DNA from: Archangium sp.
GTDB lineage: Bacteria > Myxococcota > Myxococcia > Myxococcales > Myxococcaceae
Direction: 5' to 3'
Assembly: GCA_031367385.1 (NCBI GenBank)
Contig: JANLPS010000055.1
Span: 1-64,000 of the forward strand
DNA: 64,000 nt
The notes below the pieces were generated by a model. That model was not told the DNA's origin and made no database searches. It was given only the letters and a program-made list of their open reading frames with translations. Position 1 is the stretch's first letter, and the number at the start of each line of letters is the position of its first letter. The translations under genes were made by a program, and so were the position numbers. Of the stretch, positions 21,045 through 28,962 are shown piece by piece.

Positions 21045-21085
21045 TGTTAACATCACCCTATCGTGAGAATGTAATCAACGTCAAC
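21037..21085. promoter_or_regulatory. Two related imperfect palindromes, candidate TetR operators
   Basis: GTTATCATTGTTAAC (21037-21051) and GTAATCAACGTCAAC (21071-21085) lie in the AT-rich gap between divergent genes. Confidence 0.6.
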
Positions 21086-21730
21086 ATGCCTACCAACAAG
21101 CCCCCCTACCATCATGGAGACTTGGCCCGCGCCCTGGTCGAGGCGGCCGAGCGGTCGATCGAAGCGGGCGGGTATTCGCGGCTCACCCTTCGACAAACGG
21201 CGCGTGACGCAGGCGTCAGCGTGGCCGCGCCGTACCGGCACTTCACTGACCGCGAAGCCCTGTTGGCGGCGGTACTGACCAAAGGCTTTCGCGAGCTGAC
21301 CCGGCGAACCGAAGCCGCTCGGCTCAAGGCGGCCGACCCGAAGCGGGCGCTGCTCGCCGTGGGCCTCGCCTACGTGAGGTTCGCGGCGCAGCACCCAGCC
21401 ATCTACCGTCTGATGTTCGGCCCAGAATGCGACAAGGCAACACACCCCGAGTTGATGACCGCAGGGCACGAGGCGCTCTGTGTGCTGGTGACCGCAGTCG
21501 CCGACTGCAAGCGCGCTGGCCTCATCGGCGGGGCCAATGTTCAACGCGTGGCGCTCGCAGGCTGGTCACTCTCGCACGGCCTCGCGTCGCTTCACGTCGA
21601 CGGTCTGCTGGCCTCGATACCGGGGCCCGGTCTCGAGCGCAGCGCCAAGGCGTTGATGCACATGCTCCTCGCCGGAGTGACTGCGAGTGCACGCCCGGCC
21701 CCTCGTCGTGAACCGCCCAAGGGCCTATGA
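21086..21730 (+). CDS. TetR/AcrR family regulator (WHG-type C-terminal domain)
   Basis: YHHGDL, HTH 'LRQTARDAGVSVAAPYRHF' and WSLSHGLASL. Confidence 0.95.
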   Translation: MPTNKPPYHHGDLARALVEAAERSIEAGGYSRLTLRQTARDAGVSVAAPYRHFTDREALLAAVLTKGFRELTRRTEAARLKAADPKRALLAVGLAYVRFAAQHPAIYRLMFGPECDKATHPELMTAGHEALCVLVTAVADCKRAGLIGGANVQRVALAGWSLSHGLASLHVDGLLASIPGPGLERSAKALMHMLLAGVTASARPAPRREPPKGL

Positions 21731-22326
21731 TCCTCCGCGTGCTCGCCTCTGTGGTCGCCCTCCTGCTCGCCGCTGCCCCCGAGCCGCTGGTCGACGTCAC
21801 CACCGTCATCCCCGACCTGATCGTCGACCTCCGCTACGCCACAGCCGACAACTTCATGAAGAAGGCGGTCTACCCGCCTGATGCCCGCTGTCTTTTGCTC
21901 GCCCGCGCGGCCAAGCAGCTCGTCAGCGCCGCCGATGCACTGCGGCCCAAGGGCTTTCGCCTCAAGGTCTACGACTGCTACCGCCCCCACGCCGTGCAGT
22001 ACGAGCTGTGGAAAATCATGCCGAAAATCGGCTACGTGGCCGACCCCAAGACCGGTTCGAACCACAACCGCGGAGGCGCCGTCGACGTGACCCTCGCCAC
22101 CCTCGACGGCACCGCGGTCGAAATGCCCTCTGACTACGACTATTTCGGCCCCGCCGCGCACCACAGCTTCACCAAGGGCACCGCCGCCTCACTCGCCAAC
22201 CGCACGACCCTCAGGGCCGCCCTCGAGCACGCCGGTTTCATCAAGAACGCGATGGAGTGGTGGCACTACGAATTGCCCGACGCCGTGAAATCACCGCTGC
22301 GCGACGACCCGTTCACCCCGCCATAA
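21727..22326 (+). CDS. ddpX: D-alanyl-D-alanine dipeptidase (VanX/DdpX, M15D)
   Basis: DLRYATADNF, YDCYRP, SNHNRGGAVD and EWWHY motifs, with a signal peptide. Confidence 0.93.
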   Translation: MILRVLASVVALLLAAAPEPLVDVTTVIPDLIVDLRYATADNFMKKAVYPPDARCLLLARAAKQLVSAADALRPKGFRLKVYDCYRPHAVQYELWKIMPKIGYVADPKTGSNHNRGGAVDVTLATLDGTAVEMPSDYDYFGPAAHHSFTKGTAASLANRTTLRAALEHAGFIKNAMEWWHYELPDAVKSPLRDDPFTPP

Positions 22327-22360
22327 AAAAACACCGACCCCACCGCGAGGTGGAGCCGGC
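22325..22360 (-). terminator. Candidate intrinsic terminator for the minus-strand gene ending at 22386
   Basis: Stem ccacc-gcga-ggtgg, extendable with mismatches, next to an A run (U tract on the minus strand). Confidence 0.55.
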
Positions 22361-22385
22361 TTTCACATCACCCCAAGGTGATGAA

Positions 22386-22925
22386 TTACGGCGTCGGCAG
22401 GTTGACCAACGCGCCGTTGATCGAGCGCAGGTTGCGAACCTTGTCCGCGCGCTCCTGCGAGACTTCGCCGATCGGGCGCAGCGAGAATGACTTGCCGCGA
22501 ACGTGGGCCGTGCGGTGGCTGTACACGAAGATGTTGAACGAGTCGGTGTCATGCGCCACGACGAAGATGCCGTCGGCCTTCGGAGTGCTCGAAACCGCGA
22601 CTGCAGCGGCTGCGCGCACCAACGGGTCGCTCACTTCTTTCGGGCCATTGCCGCCGCCCAGAATCGAGCCCAAGACGCCGGTCACGCCGTCGAGAATCGA
22701 CCCGTCTTCGTAACCCCAGCAGATCACGCCGAGAATGCAGGTGCGGCTGACTTCGCCGGTGATCTCAGCGCCCCAATCGAAGCCCACTTCCTGCGGGCGA
22801 TTCCACACGGTGGCCGCTTCTGAGCGGTTCGCCAAGGCCGTGTCCATGTACGCGCGGGCGCCCGTCGCGCAACCGGTCAAACCCAATGCAGAAACGAGAA
22901 CGACCATCGAGACGATACGATTCAT
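22386..22925 (-). CDS. Lipoprotein, possibly TRL-like family
   Basis: Lipobox LTGC after ATG 22925, preceded by a GGAGG RBS. 'CILGVICWG...GI...VRGK' pattern. Confidence 0.7.
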   Translation of the reverse strand: MNRIVSMVVLVSALGLTGCATGARAYMDTALANRSEAATVWNRPQEVGFDWGAEITGEVSRTCILGVICWGYEDGSILDGVTGVLGSILGGGNGPKEVSDPLVRAAAAVAVSSTPKADGIFVVAHDTDSFNIFVYSHRTAHVRGKSFSLRPIGEVSQERADKVRNLRSINGALVNLPTP

Positions 22926-23089
22926 TGATTCCCCTCCGGGAAAAGTTACAAGGGTGAGGGTGCCGCTTTTGGCGCGACCAGGGTCAAAAGCAAAGAACTT
23001 TGCACCAACGCACGCTGATCGAACGCACGGGGAGACCCGCTCGCACGGCCCCAACGTGTTGCTCCAATTCATCGCTCCAGCGCGCGTGC

Positions 23090-23623
23090 CTATCGAACGT
23101 ACCGATAGACCCGCGTTCGATACACATCGCTCAGGGTGATTTCGCGCTCCGCCGCCCACCCCCGCAGCCCGAATGTGTTGCTGACGATCAATGCCCCCGG
23201 CGTCAGCTCTGCCTCGAAGCGAGCCCCCAGCAAGGTCATCGCGCCAGGCCACAGGTAGCACACCACCACCTTCGCCTCGCCCAGCGGCACGGTTGCAAAA
23301 TCGCCGAAGCGCAGCCGCACGTTCGAAACGCCCCGCGAGAGCTTCTGCCGCACCCACATCACCGCGAACGGCACGGGTGACGACTCGTACGCCACCACCG
23401 TCGCTCCCGGCGCGTGCCTGGCCAACGCAAAGGCCAACGTGCCGAAGCCGGCCCCCAGCTCGAGCACCTCACCGGTGGTCTGGCTCGGCACCAGCTGCAG
23501 CACCGCCTCGGCCGCGCGCGAAGAGCTCGGCATCGGCGAGATGCCCACCCGCAGGGTGTGCACGACGATCGACGCCAGCGCGCCAATCACCACCACCAGG
23601 GCTGCCCCGCCGAGCCACTCCAT
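23090..23623 (-). CDS. Membrane-anchored class I SAM-dependent methyltransferase
   Basis: N-terminal TM, ISPMPSS, motif I ELGAGFG, VVCYL and SNTF. Confidence 0.9.
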   Translation of the reverse strand: MEWLGGAALVVVIGALASIVVHTLRVGISPMPSSSRAAEAVLQLVPSQTTGEVLELGAGFGTLAFALARHAPGATVVAYESSPVPFAVMWVRQKLSRGVSNVRLRFGDFATVPLGEAKVVVCYLWPGAMTLLGARFEAELTPGALIVSNTFGLRGWAAEREITLSDVYRTRVYRYVR

Positions 23624-23671
23624 TTGATTCGTCTTCCATGTGCCTGCCGCGCACGCAAAACCCCGTGGGCG

Positions 23672-25447
23672 TCAGAGGCCCAAACGAACGCCGTTCGCTG
23701 ACTGAACCCAGACCGCGTCTTGGAGCAAGGTCACCTGCGCCTCACCCTCGAGCGAGGCGTGCGCAGGCAAGGCCACCGGGCCGACCTTGGGCCGAAACGA
23801 GAGCCCATAGCGAATGTCGCCCTGGGCACCGTCGCCAGTCACCTTCAGCTGCCCCGAAGCGCCGCCCTCCTCGAGCTTGAAGGTCAACGGGCCCTTTTTC
23901 GCGAGGCCGGTGGCAGTCACTGAGAACCCGGCAGACGCGTGTTCGACGCGCAAGTCGTCTCCCACGGTCGAGAGCCCCGTCGCGCTCAGGGTCACCGCAG
24001 AGCCCTTGCCCAGCTCGACCTCGAGGCTGTCGGTGCGTGCCTTGGCTCCCGCGAGGTCGATGGTGAGCTTCACCGCGCCCTCTTCGATCATCACACCGGA
24101 GGCGGTTGGTCGAATCAGCGTTGACCCATGCACCATCGCGTCACCGTCGAAGGTGAAGTGCACCGCCTCGGGTACAGCGAAATGAAACCGGTCGGCCGCC
24201 GCTCGAACCGAGCCGACCAAGGCGCCCCCCGCGAAGACCTGCATCGCTCCGTCGACCGAAGCAACCCGCATCGGCCCGACCTCGGCTCCGGGCGCACCGG
24301 CCTCGGAGAACTTTACGCTCGCCGAGAGCGGGTGTGTGATCGTGCCTTGGGTTTGAACCGCCAACGCACCGTCTCGCACTTCGAAGTCGCCGGTCAGCGT
24401 GGCCGAGAGCTGTTTGTTCGCTCCGACCACCTTCATCTGGCGATCGCCCACCTCCACGAAGCCACTTCGACCCTCGAGGCGAAGGGTGAAGGCGCCTTTT
24501 TCGACCAAGGCACCCAGGCTCTTGAGCAAGGCGTCGACCTCGAAGTGCAGAGGCATCTGGGCGTCGGCGAGGGGCGGGCGCTCGCTGAGCAGGTCGCCTC
24601 GGGCGAGGGCCTCGAGCGAGGTACGAACCCGTGGCTTGCCGGTGAAGGTGACCAGGCCTTCGAGGCTGTGGGTTCTCTTGCCCGTTGAGAAGACGTGCTT
24701 GAGCGGGTTGAGCGAGGGGCGAACCAGTGACCCGCGTGGCGTCACCGAACCGTCAGCCGTCACGCCCACGCCGTCGAGCGTCACCTGAACCAGGCCGTTG
24801 GCCAGCTCGCCAAGTTGGCTGTGTGCCGCAAACGACAGGTCGGCCGGGTTCTTCAGCGCGACCGACCTCGAAAAAGACACATCGGCCGAGCCGAGCTCGA
24901 GGCCCTTGGTGCCAGGCTTCACCACGGCAGACACCCTGACGGTGGTGCCCGCAGGCACGTCGATCAGCACTCGCTTGTCGCCGATGGGTATGGCGTGCGG
25001 CCCAGGCATCAGCGGAGCGCTCACCGACAGCTCGCCGCGGTCAATGGCTCGGGTCACGATGTCGATGAGCGACAGTGCGCCAAGCGAGCCGAGGTTGTTG
25101 GTGACGCTCGGGCGCTCGGTCGACCAGCCCAGTGTCTCGAGCCGGGTGCCCAGAGAACCGATGGGGGTCTCATCGGCCAGGCCTCGGAGCGGGCGCGCCG
25201 AGCCGCCCGAGCTGAAGAAATCGTTCGAAAGGGTCAGCTGCTGGCCTGGGGCCACCACGGCCTCGGCGGAGAGGTGATTTTCACGAGCGAGCTTCGCCGC
25301 AACCGACGCGACCTCCGGCTCGGCGACACCCAGTTGCCGAACCAAGCTCGGCAACGTCGACGCGTTGGTGACTTTGAGCCACGCCGGTCGGTTGATCTTG
25401 AAGAGCACTGGGAGCCACTCGTACCAGCCCGCTTTGCCACGAAGCAA
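23672..25447 (-). CDS. Hypothetical beta-rich protein with an N-terminal LysM-like segment
   Basis: Long ORF. 'LARENHL...VAPGQQLTL' resembles the end of a LysM domain. The true start is probably somewhat downstream of 25447. Confidence 0.6.
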   Translation of the reverse strand: MLRGKAGWYEWLPVLFKINRPAWLKVTNASTLPSLVRQLGVAEPEVASVAAKLARENHLSAEAVVAPGQQLTLSNDFFSSGGSARPLRGLADETPIGSLGTRLETLGWSTERPSVTNNLGSLGALSLIDIVTRAIDRGELSVSAPLMPGPHAIPIGDKRVLIDVPAGTTVRVSAVVKPGTKGLELGSADVSFSRSVALKNPADLSFAAHSQLGELANGLVQVTLDGVGVTADGSVTPRGSLVRPSLNPLKHVFSTGKRTHSLEGLVTFTGKPRVRTSLEALARGDLLSERPPLADAQMPLHFEVDALLKSLGALVEKGAFTLRLEGRSGFVEVGDRQMKVVGANKQLSATLTGDFEVRDGALAVQTQGTITHPLSASVKFSEAGAPGAEVGPMRVASVDGAMQVFAGGALVGSVRAAADRFHFAVPEAVHFTFDGDAMVHGSTLIRPTASGVMIEEGAVKLTIDLAGAKARTDSLEVELGKGSAVTLSATGLSTVGDDLRVEHASAGFSVTATGLAKKGPLTFKLEEGGASGQLKVTGDGAQGDIRYGLSFRPKVGPVALPAHASLEGEAQVTLLQDAVWVQSANGVRLGL

Positions 25448-25468
25448 GGCGGGGGCGGCGGCTTGGCT

Positions 25469-25894
25469 TCAGTGCTTCAACGCGCGCAAGACCATCATCG
25501 TGATGGGTACCGCAGCGACGATGTGCATCAGCCCGAGCACGGCCTTCGTCGCGTTGTCGGAGCCACCCACGTTCACGGGCCCCATCATGCTCACCACGCT
25601 GAAAACGACTGAAATCACCAGAAAAATGACCGCTGCCTTGCTGCTGAACTTGGCCAGAACGAACGCCAAAAGACCCGCGACGATGCTCGGCACGAAGCTC
25701 GCCACCGCGGGCAGAAACGCCGGCAACGCCCCAGCCTTTCCGGGCCCTTCGAACTCACCCACGTACGAGACGCCCGCGGCCCGCGTCGCGCCGTAGAGCA
25801 CCATGTTCGCAACCGCGGCGATGGCTCCCCCCTTCATCGCGGCAACGAGAATCGGCCCGAGCTTCACGGCTTGTGTAGAAGGTTCTTTGCGCAT
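25469..25894 (-). CDS. Four-TM membrane protein (DUF6069-like)
   Basis: Four hydrophobic helices and a C-terminal 'LGLMHIVAA'. ATG 25894 has an upstream GAGG. Confidence 0.75.
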   Translation of the reverse strand: MRKEPSTQAVKLGPILVAAMKGGAIAAVANMVLYGATRAAGVSYVGEFEGPGKAGALPAFLPAVASFVPSIVAGLLAFVLAKFSSKAAVIFLVISVVFSVVSMMGPVNVGGSDNATKAVLGLMHIVAAVPITMMVLRALKH

Positions 25895-25921
25895 GGCGCC
25901 TCTTTGGTACGAGCACACACC

Positions 25922-26884
25922 ATGGACAAGAGGGGTCGGGGAGACAGATTGTCCCACCTGTGGGACAGCGCGAGCCGCCTCGAGCGCCTCCCGCACTTCG
26001 TCGCGGTCGCGACGCTCAAGAGCTTTCGCGGTGCAGCGTTGGCGCTCAATGTGCCCAAGTCGACAGTGAGTCGGCGGGTGGGCGCCCTCGAGCACGAGCT
26101 GAACGTGCGGTTGCTGAATCGAACGACCCGCTCGGTGACCCTGACGGCCGCGGGTGAGGCCTTGATTGAAAAGGCCGCGCCAGCCCTCGAGATCATCTCT
26201 GATGCCGAGCGCGCCCTGACCACGGTCGGCAGAGAGCCTCAAGGCCCGCTTCGCGTCAGCGTGCCGTTGAACGTCGCCGAGCGCGTCTTGGGCCCGCTCG
26301 TGCCTGATTTTTTGAAGGCGTACCCCAAGGTCTCCCTCACGCTCGATGCCAGCGACCGCTTCGTCGACCTGGTCGCCGAGGGCTTCGACGTCGCCCTGCG
26401 AGCGGGGCACCTCGCCGATTCGTCACTCAAAGTGCGCCAGCTCGGCATGAGCACCGCGGGTGTCTTCGCTTCACCCAGCTACCTCGCGGCCCGCGGCACC
26501 CCGAGTCACCCGCGCGACTTGGCCGCACACGACGCCATCGTTTTTTCGGGTTCACCGCGCGGTCGACTGTGGCGGTTCGGTCAGCACAAGACCTTCACGG
26601 TCGAAGTGCGCGGGCGATTCACCGCGAACAACTTGGAGCTCGTTTGTGGCAGCTGTGTCGCCGGCCTGGGCCTCGCCTGGTTGCCGTTGCCGATCGCGCA
26701 CGAGCACCTGCGCACCAACCGGCTGGTCGAAGTGCTCAGCGACTTCGCCGCCCCCCCGGCGCCGTTGAGCCTGCTCTACCCTTCGAATCGACAGCTCTCG
26801 CCCGCCGTGCGGGCATTCATCGACTTCATCGCCAAGCACGTGACCTTGCAGGTGCCACCGCCCAAGCCCCGCCGTCGTCGCTGA
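25922..26884 (+). CDS. LysR family transcriptional regulator (CrgA-like)
   Basis: HTH 'SFRGAALALNVPKSTVSRRVGALE...RLLNRTTR' and 'DLVAEGFDVALR'. The start is uncertain. Confidence 0.95.
   Translation: MDKRGRGDRLSHLWDSASRLERLPHFVAVATLKSFRGAALALNVPKSTVSRRVGALEHELNVRLLNRTTRSVTLTAAGEALIEKAAPALEIISDAERALTTVGREPQGPLRVSVPLNVAERVLGPLVPDFLKAYPKVSLTLDASDRFVDLVAEGFDVALRAGHLADSSLKVRQLGMSTAGVFASPSYLAARGTPSHPRDLAAHDAIVFSGSPRGRLWRFGQHKTFTVEVRGRFTANNLELVCGSCVAGLGLAWLPLPIAHEHLRTNRLVEVLSDFAAPPAPLSLLYPSNRQLSPAVRAFIDFIAKHVTLQVPPPKPRRRR
25950..25967. promoter_or_regulatory. Perfect 8-bp inverted repeat, candidate LysR operator
   Basis: TGTCCCAC-CT-GTGGGACA at the 5' end of the LysR gene. Confidence 0.6.
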
Positions 26885-27090
26885 AGCCACTCGCCCCTGA
26901 TCGCCGTCGAGCCGGTCACCGCCTCGCCGGTGGTACACAAACAGGGTTCACGACCCGACGTTCCGCGTCGATGTCGATGACCGTCGCGCCGGGCAAAGGC
27001 CTCGAAGTGCACCCGAGGTCTCATTGAGGGGCTGCCACCGGCGCACCTCCATGAGCGCGCCAGGGAGCCTCGGTGTATGAAATACGCTCC

Positions 27091-28020
27091 ATGACGACTC
27101 TTGCTTCAATTGGAACTCCTGGAACCCCCTGGGGGGCCGCCGAGCGAACGAAGTGGCGCGCATCGCAGCTGCGACGGCGCAGCTACGCCGATGAAGTGGT
27201 GCGAGCGCTCGAACCGCTCAAAGCCGACTTCGACGTCAGCTCGTATGGGCACCTCGACTACCCACCCGACGGCAGCTACCCGCTCTTCGTGCTCAAGAGC
27301 CGCGGGTGGCATGACGGGCTGCCGGTTGGCCTGGTGACCGGGGGCGTGCACGGCTACGAAACGAGCGGCGTGTTCGGGGCGCTGCGTTTCGCCGCGCAAG
27401 ACGCCCCGCGCTTGGCCGGGCGCTTGAACCTGCTGATCGCGCCGTGCGTCAGCCCCTGGGGGTTCGAGCGCATTCATCGGTGGAACCCCGACGCAATCGA
27501 CCCCAACCGTTCATTCAAGCCGGACGGTGCTGCGGCCGAGGCCCGCCGATTGATCGACCTCGTGGCCCCCTACCGCGGCCGCTTCATCGCGCACGTCGAC
27601 CTGCACGAGACGACCGATTCAGACGAGACGGAGTTTCGGCCCGCACTCGCGGCGCGCGACGGCAAGACCTTCGAACCCGGCGAGATACCCGACGGGTTCT
27701 ATCTGGTCGGTGACGCTGAAAACCGACAGCTCGGCTTTCAGGCCGCCATCATCGACGCCGTCGCCCAAGTCACCCACATCGCCGAGCCCGATGCTCGCGG
27801 GCGGTTGATCGGTGAGCCCATTCTGAGCCAAGGCGTCATCGAGTACCCGGTGCGTTCGCTCGGCCTGTGCGCCAATCTCACCGGAGCACGCTTCACCACC
27901 ACGACCGAGGTCTACCCCGACAGCCCACGCAGCACCCCCGAGCAATGCAACGCAGCGCAGGCCACGGCCGCGCGCGCTGCCTTCGAGTTCGCCCTCGAGC
28001 ACATGACGGCCTCCAGCTGA
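27091..28020 (+). CDS. M14 metallocarboxypeptidase / succinylglutamate desuccinylase-like protein
   Basis: GGVHGYE, DPNRSF, DLHE and TTEVYPD zinc/catalytic motifs. Confidence 0.9.
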   Translation: MTTLASIGTPGTPWGAAERTKWRASQLRRRSYADEVVRALEPLKADFDVSSYGHLDYPPDGSYPLFVLKSRGWHDGLPVGLVTGGVHGYETSGVFGALRFAAQDAPRLAGRLNLLIAPCVSPWGFERIHRWNPDAIDPNRSFKPDGAAAEARRLIDLVAPYRGRFIAHVDLHETTDSDETEFRPALAARDGKTFEPGEIPDGFYLVGDAENRQLGFQAAIIDAVAQVTHIAEPDARGRLIGEPILSQGVIEYPVRSLGLCANLTGARFTTTTEVYPDSPRSTPEQCNAAQATAARAAFEFALEHMTASS

Positions 28021-28170
28021 CCGCGCCCGGGCGAGGGCAACGACCGCTCGTGCCAGGCGTCGTCGACCACGGTGGGCACCTTCTTCGTCTTACACGCGCC
28101 TACCCAAGCCCGCGAAACCTGCCGTCATCATCGCCGCCTTCGGTACAGTCTCACCCGAGGGGACCACCAC

Positions 28171-28962
28171 ATGCTGATGCACCTGCTGATCGTCGCGGCG
28201 ACGCTGGGCGCCGACAAACCGAAGCTGGCCGTGCTCGACTTTCAAGCCCAGGGCGTCGCGGTTGAGACCGCCCAGGCCCTGACCACGTCGGCCACGCTCG
28301 AGCTGACCTCCCGCGGCTTCTTCGATGTCGTCACCTCCGCCGACATTCAGACCATGCTCGGCGTCGAGCGGCAGAAACAGCTCGTCGGGTGCTCCGAATC
28401 GGCCTCGAGCTGCACCGCCGAGCTCGCCGGAGCCATGGGCAGCCGCTTCGTGCTCAGCGGCAGCGTCACCAAATTGGGCGATGCGCTGCAGCTCTCGATG
28501 CAAATGCTCGACACCGTGAAGTCAGCCACCGTCGCACGCAGCGTTCGCCTCGCCAGCAACGAGCGCGACCTCGCCGCGCAAATACCCTGGGCGCTCGCCG
28601 AGGCCACCGCGACGCCGTTGCCCCCCGCGCCCTCGAAGGTACTGCCGATTTCACTCATCAGCGTCGGCAGCGCCGCCCTCGTCGCCGGAGTCGTGCTCGG
28701 CATCAACGCCTTCACCCGCGACTTCTCGCTGCACGACGAGCTCGCGCAGCCCGACAGCGGCATCTTCAAGCCGAACACCTTCTACCAAAACGAAGCCAAG
28801 ACTATCGGCACCTTCAAGACCGTCTCGCTCATCACCCTGCTCTCGGGCGCCGCCCTCCTCGCGACCGGGTTTCTGCTCTTTCCCTCCGATGGCCGCGCCG
28901 CCGTCGCGCTGGTGCCGATGCCCTCAGGCCTTGCGTTCGCCTTCGCTGGAGCGCTGCCATGA
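28171..28962 (+). CDS. Exported protein with CsgG/TolB-N-like domain and two C-terminal hydrophobic segments
   Basis: Signal peptide, KLAVLDFQAQGV, 'GC...C..ELAGAMG..FVLSGSVTKLG' and a hydrophobic C-terminus. Confidence 0.7.
   Translation: MLMHLLIVAATLGADKPKLAVLDFQAQGVAVETAQALTTSATLELTSRGFFDVVTSADIQTMLGVERQKQLVGCSESASSCTAELAGAMGSRFVLSGSVTKLGDALQLSMQMLDTVKSATVARSVRLASNERDLAAQIPWALAEATATPLPPAPSKVLPISLISVGSAALVAGVVLGINAFTRDFSLHDELAQPDSGIFKPNTFYQNEAKTIGTFKTVSLITLLSGAALLATGFLLFPSDGRAAVALVPMPSGLAFAFAGALP

Noticed and set aside
26885..27090. Possible gene fragment in the LysR-M14 intergenic gap
   Set aside because: No frame has a convincing start, length or motif.
28389..28958. N-terminal extension of the 1048-aa ORF
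   Set aside because: It overlaps the upstream gene in another frame. The signal peptide and lipobox begin at ATG 28959.
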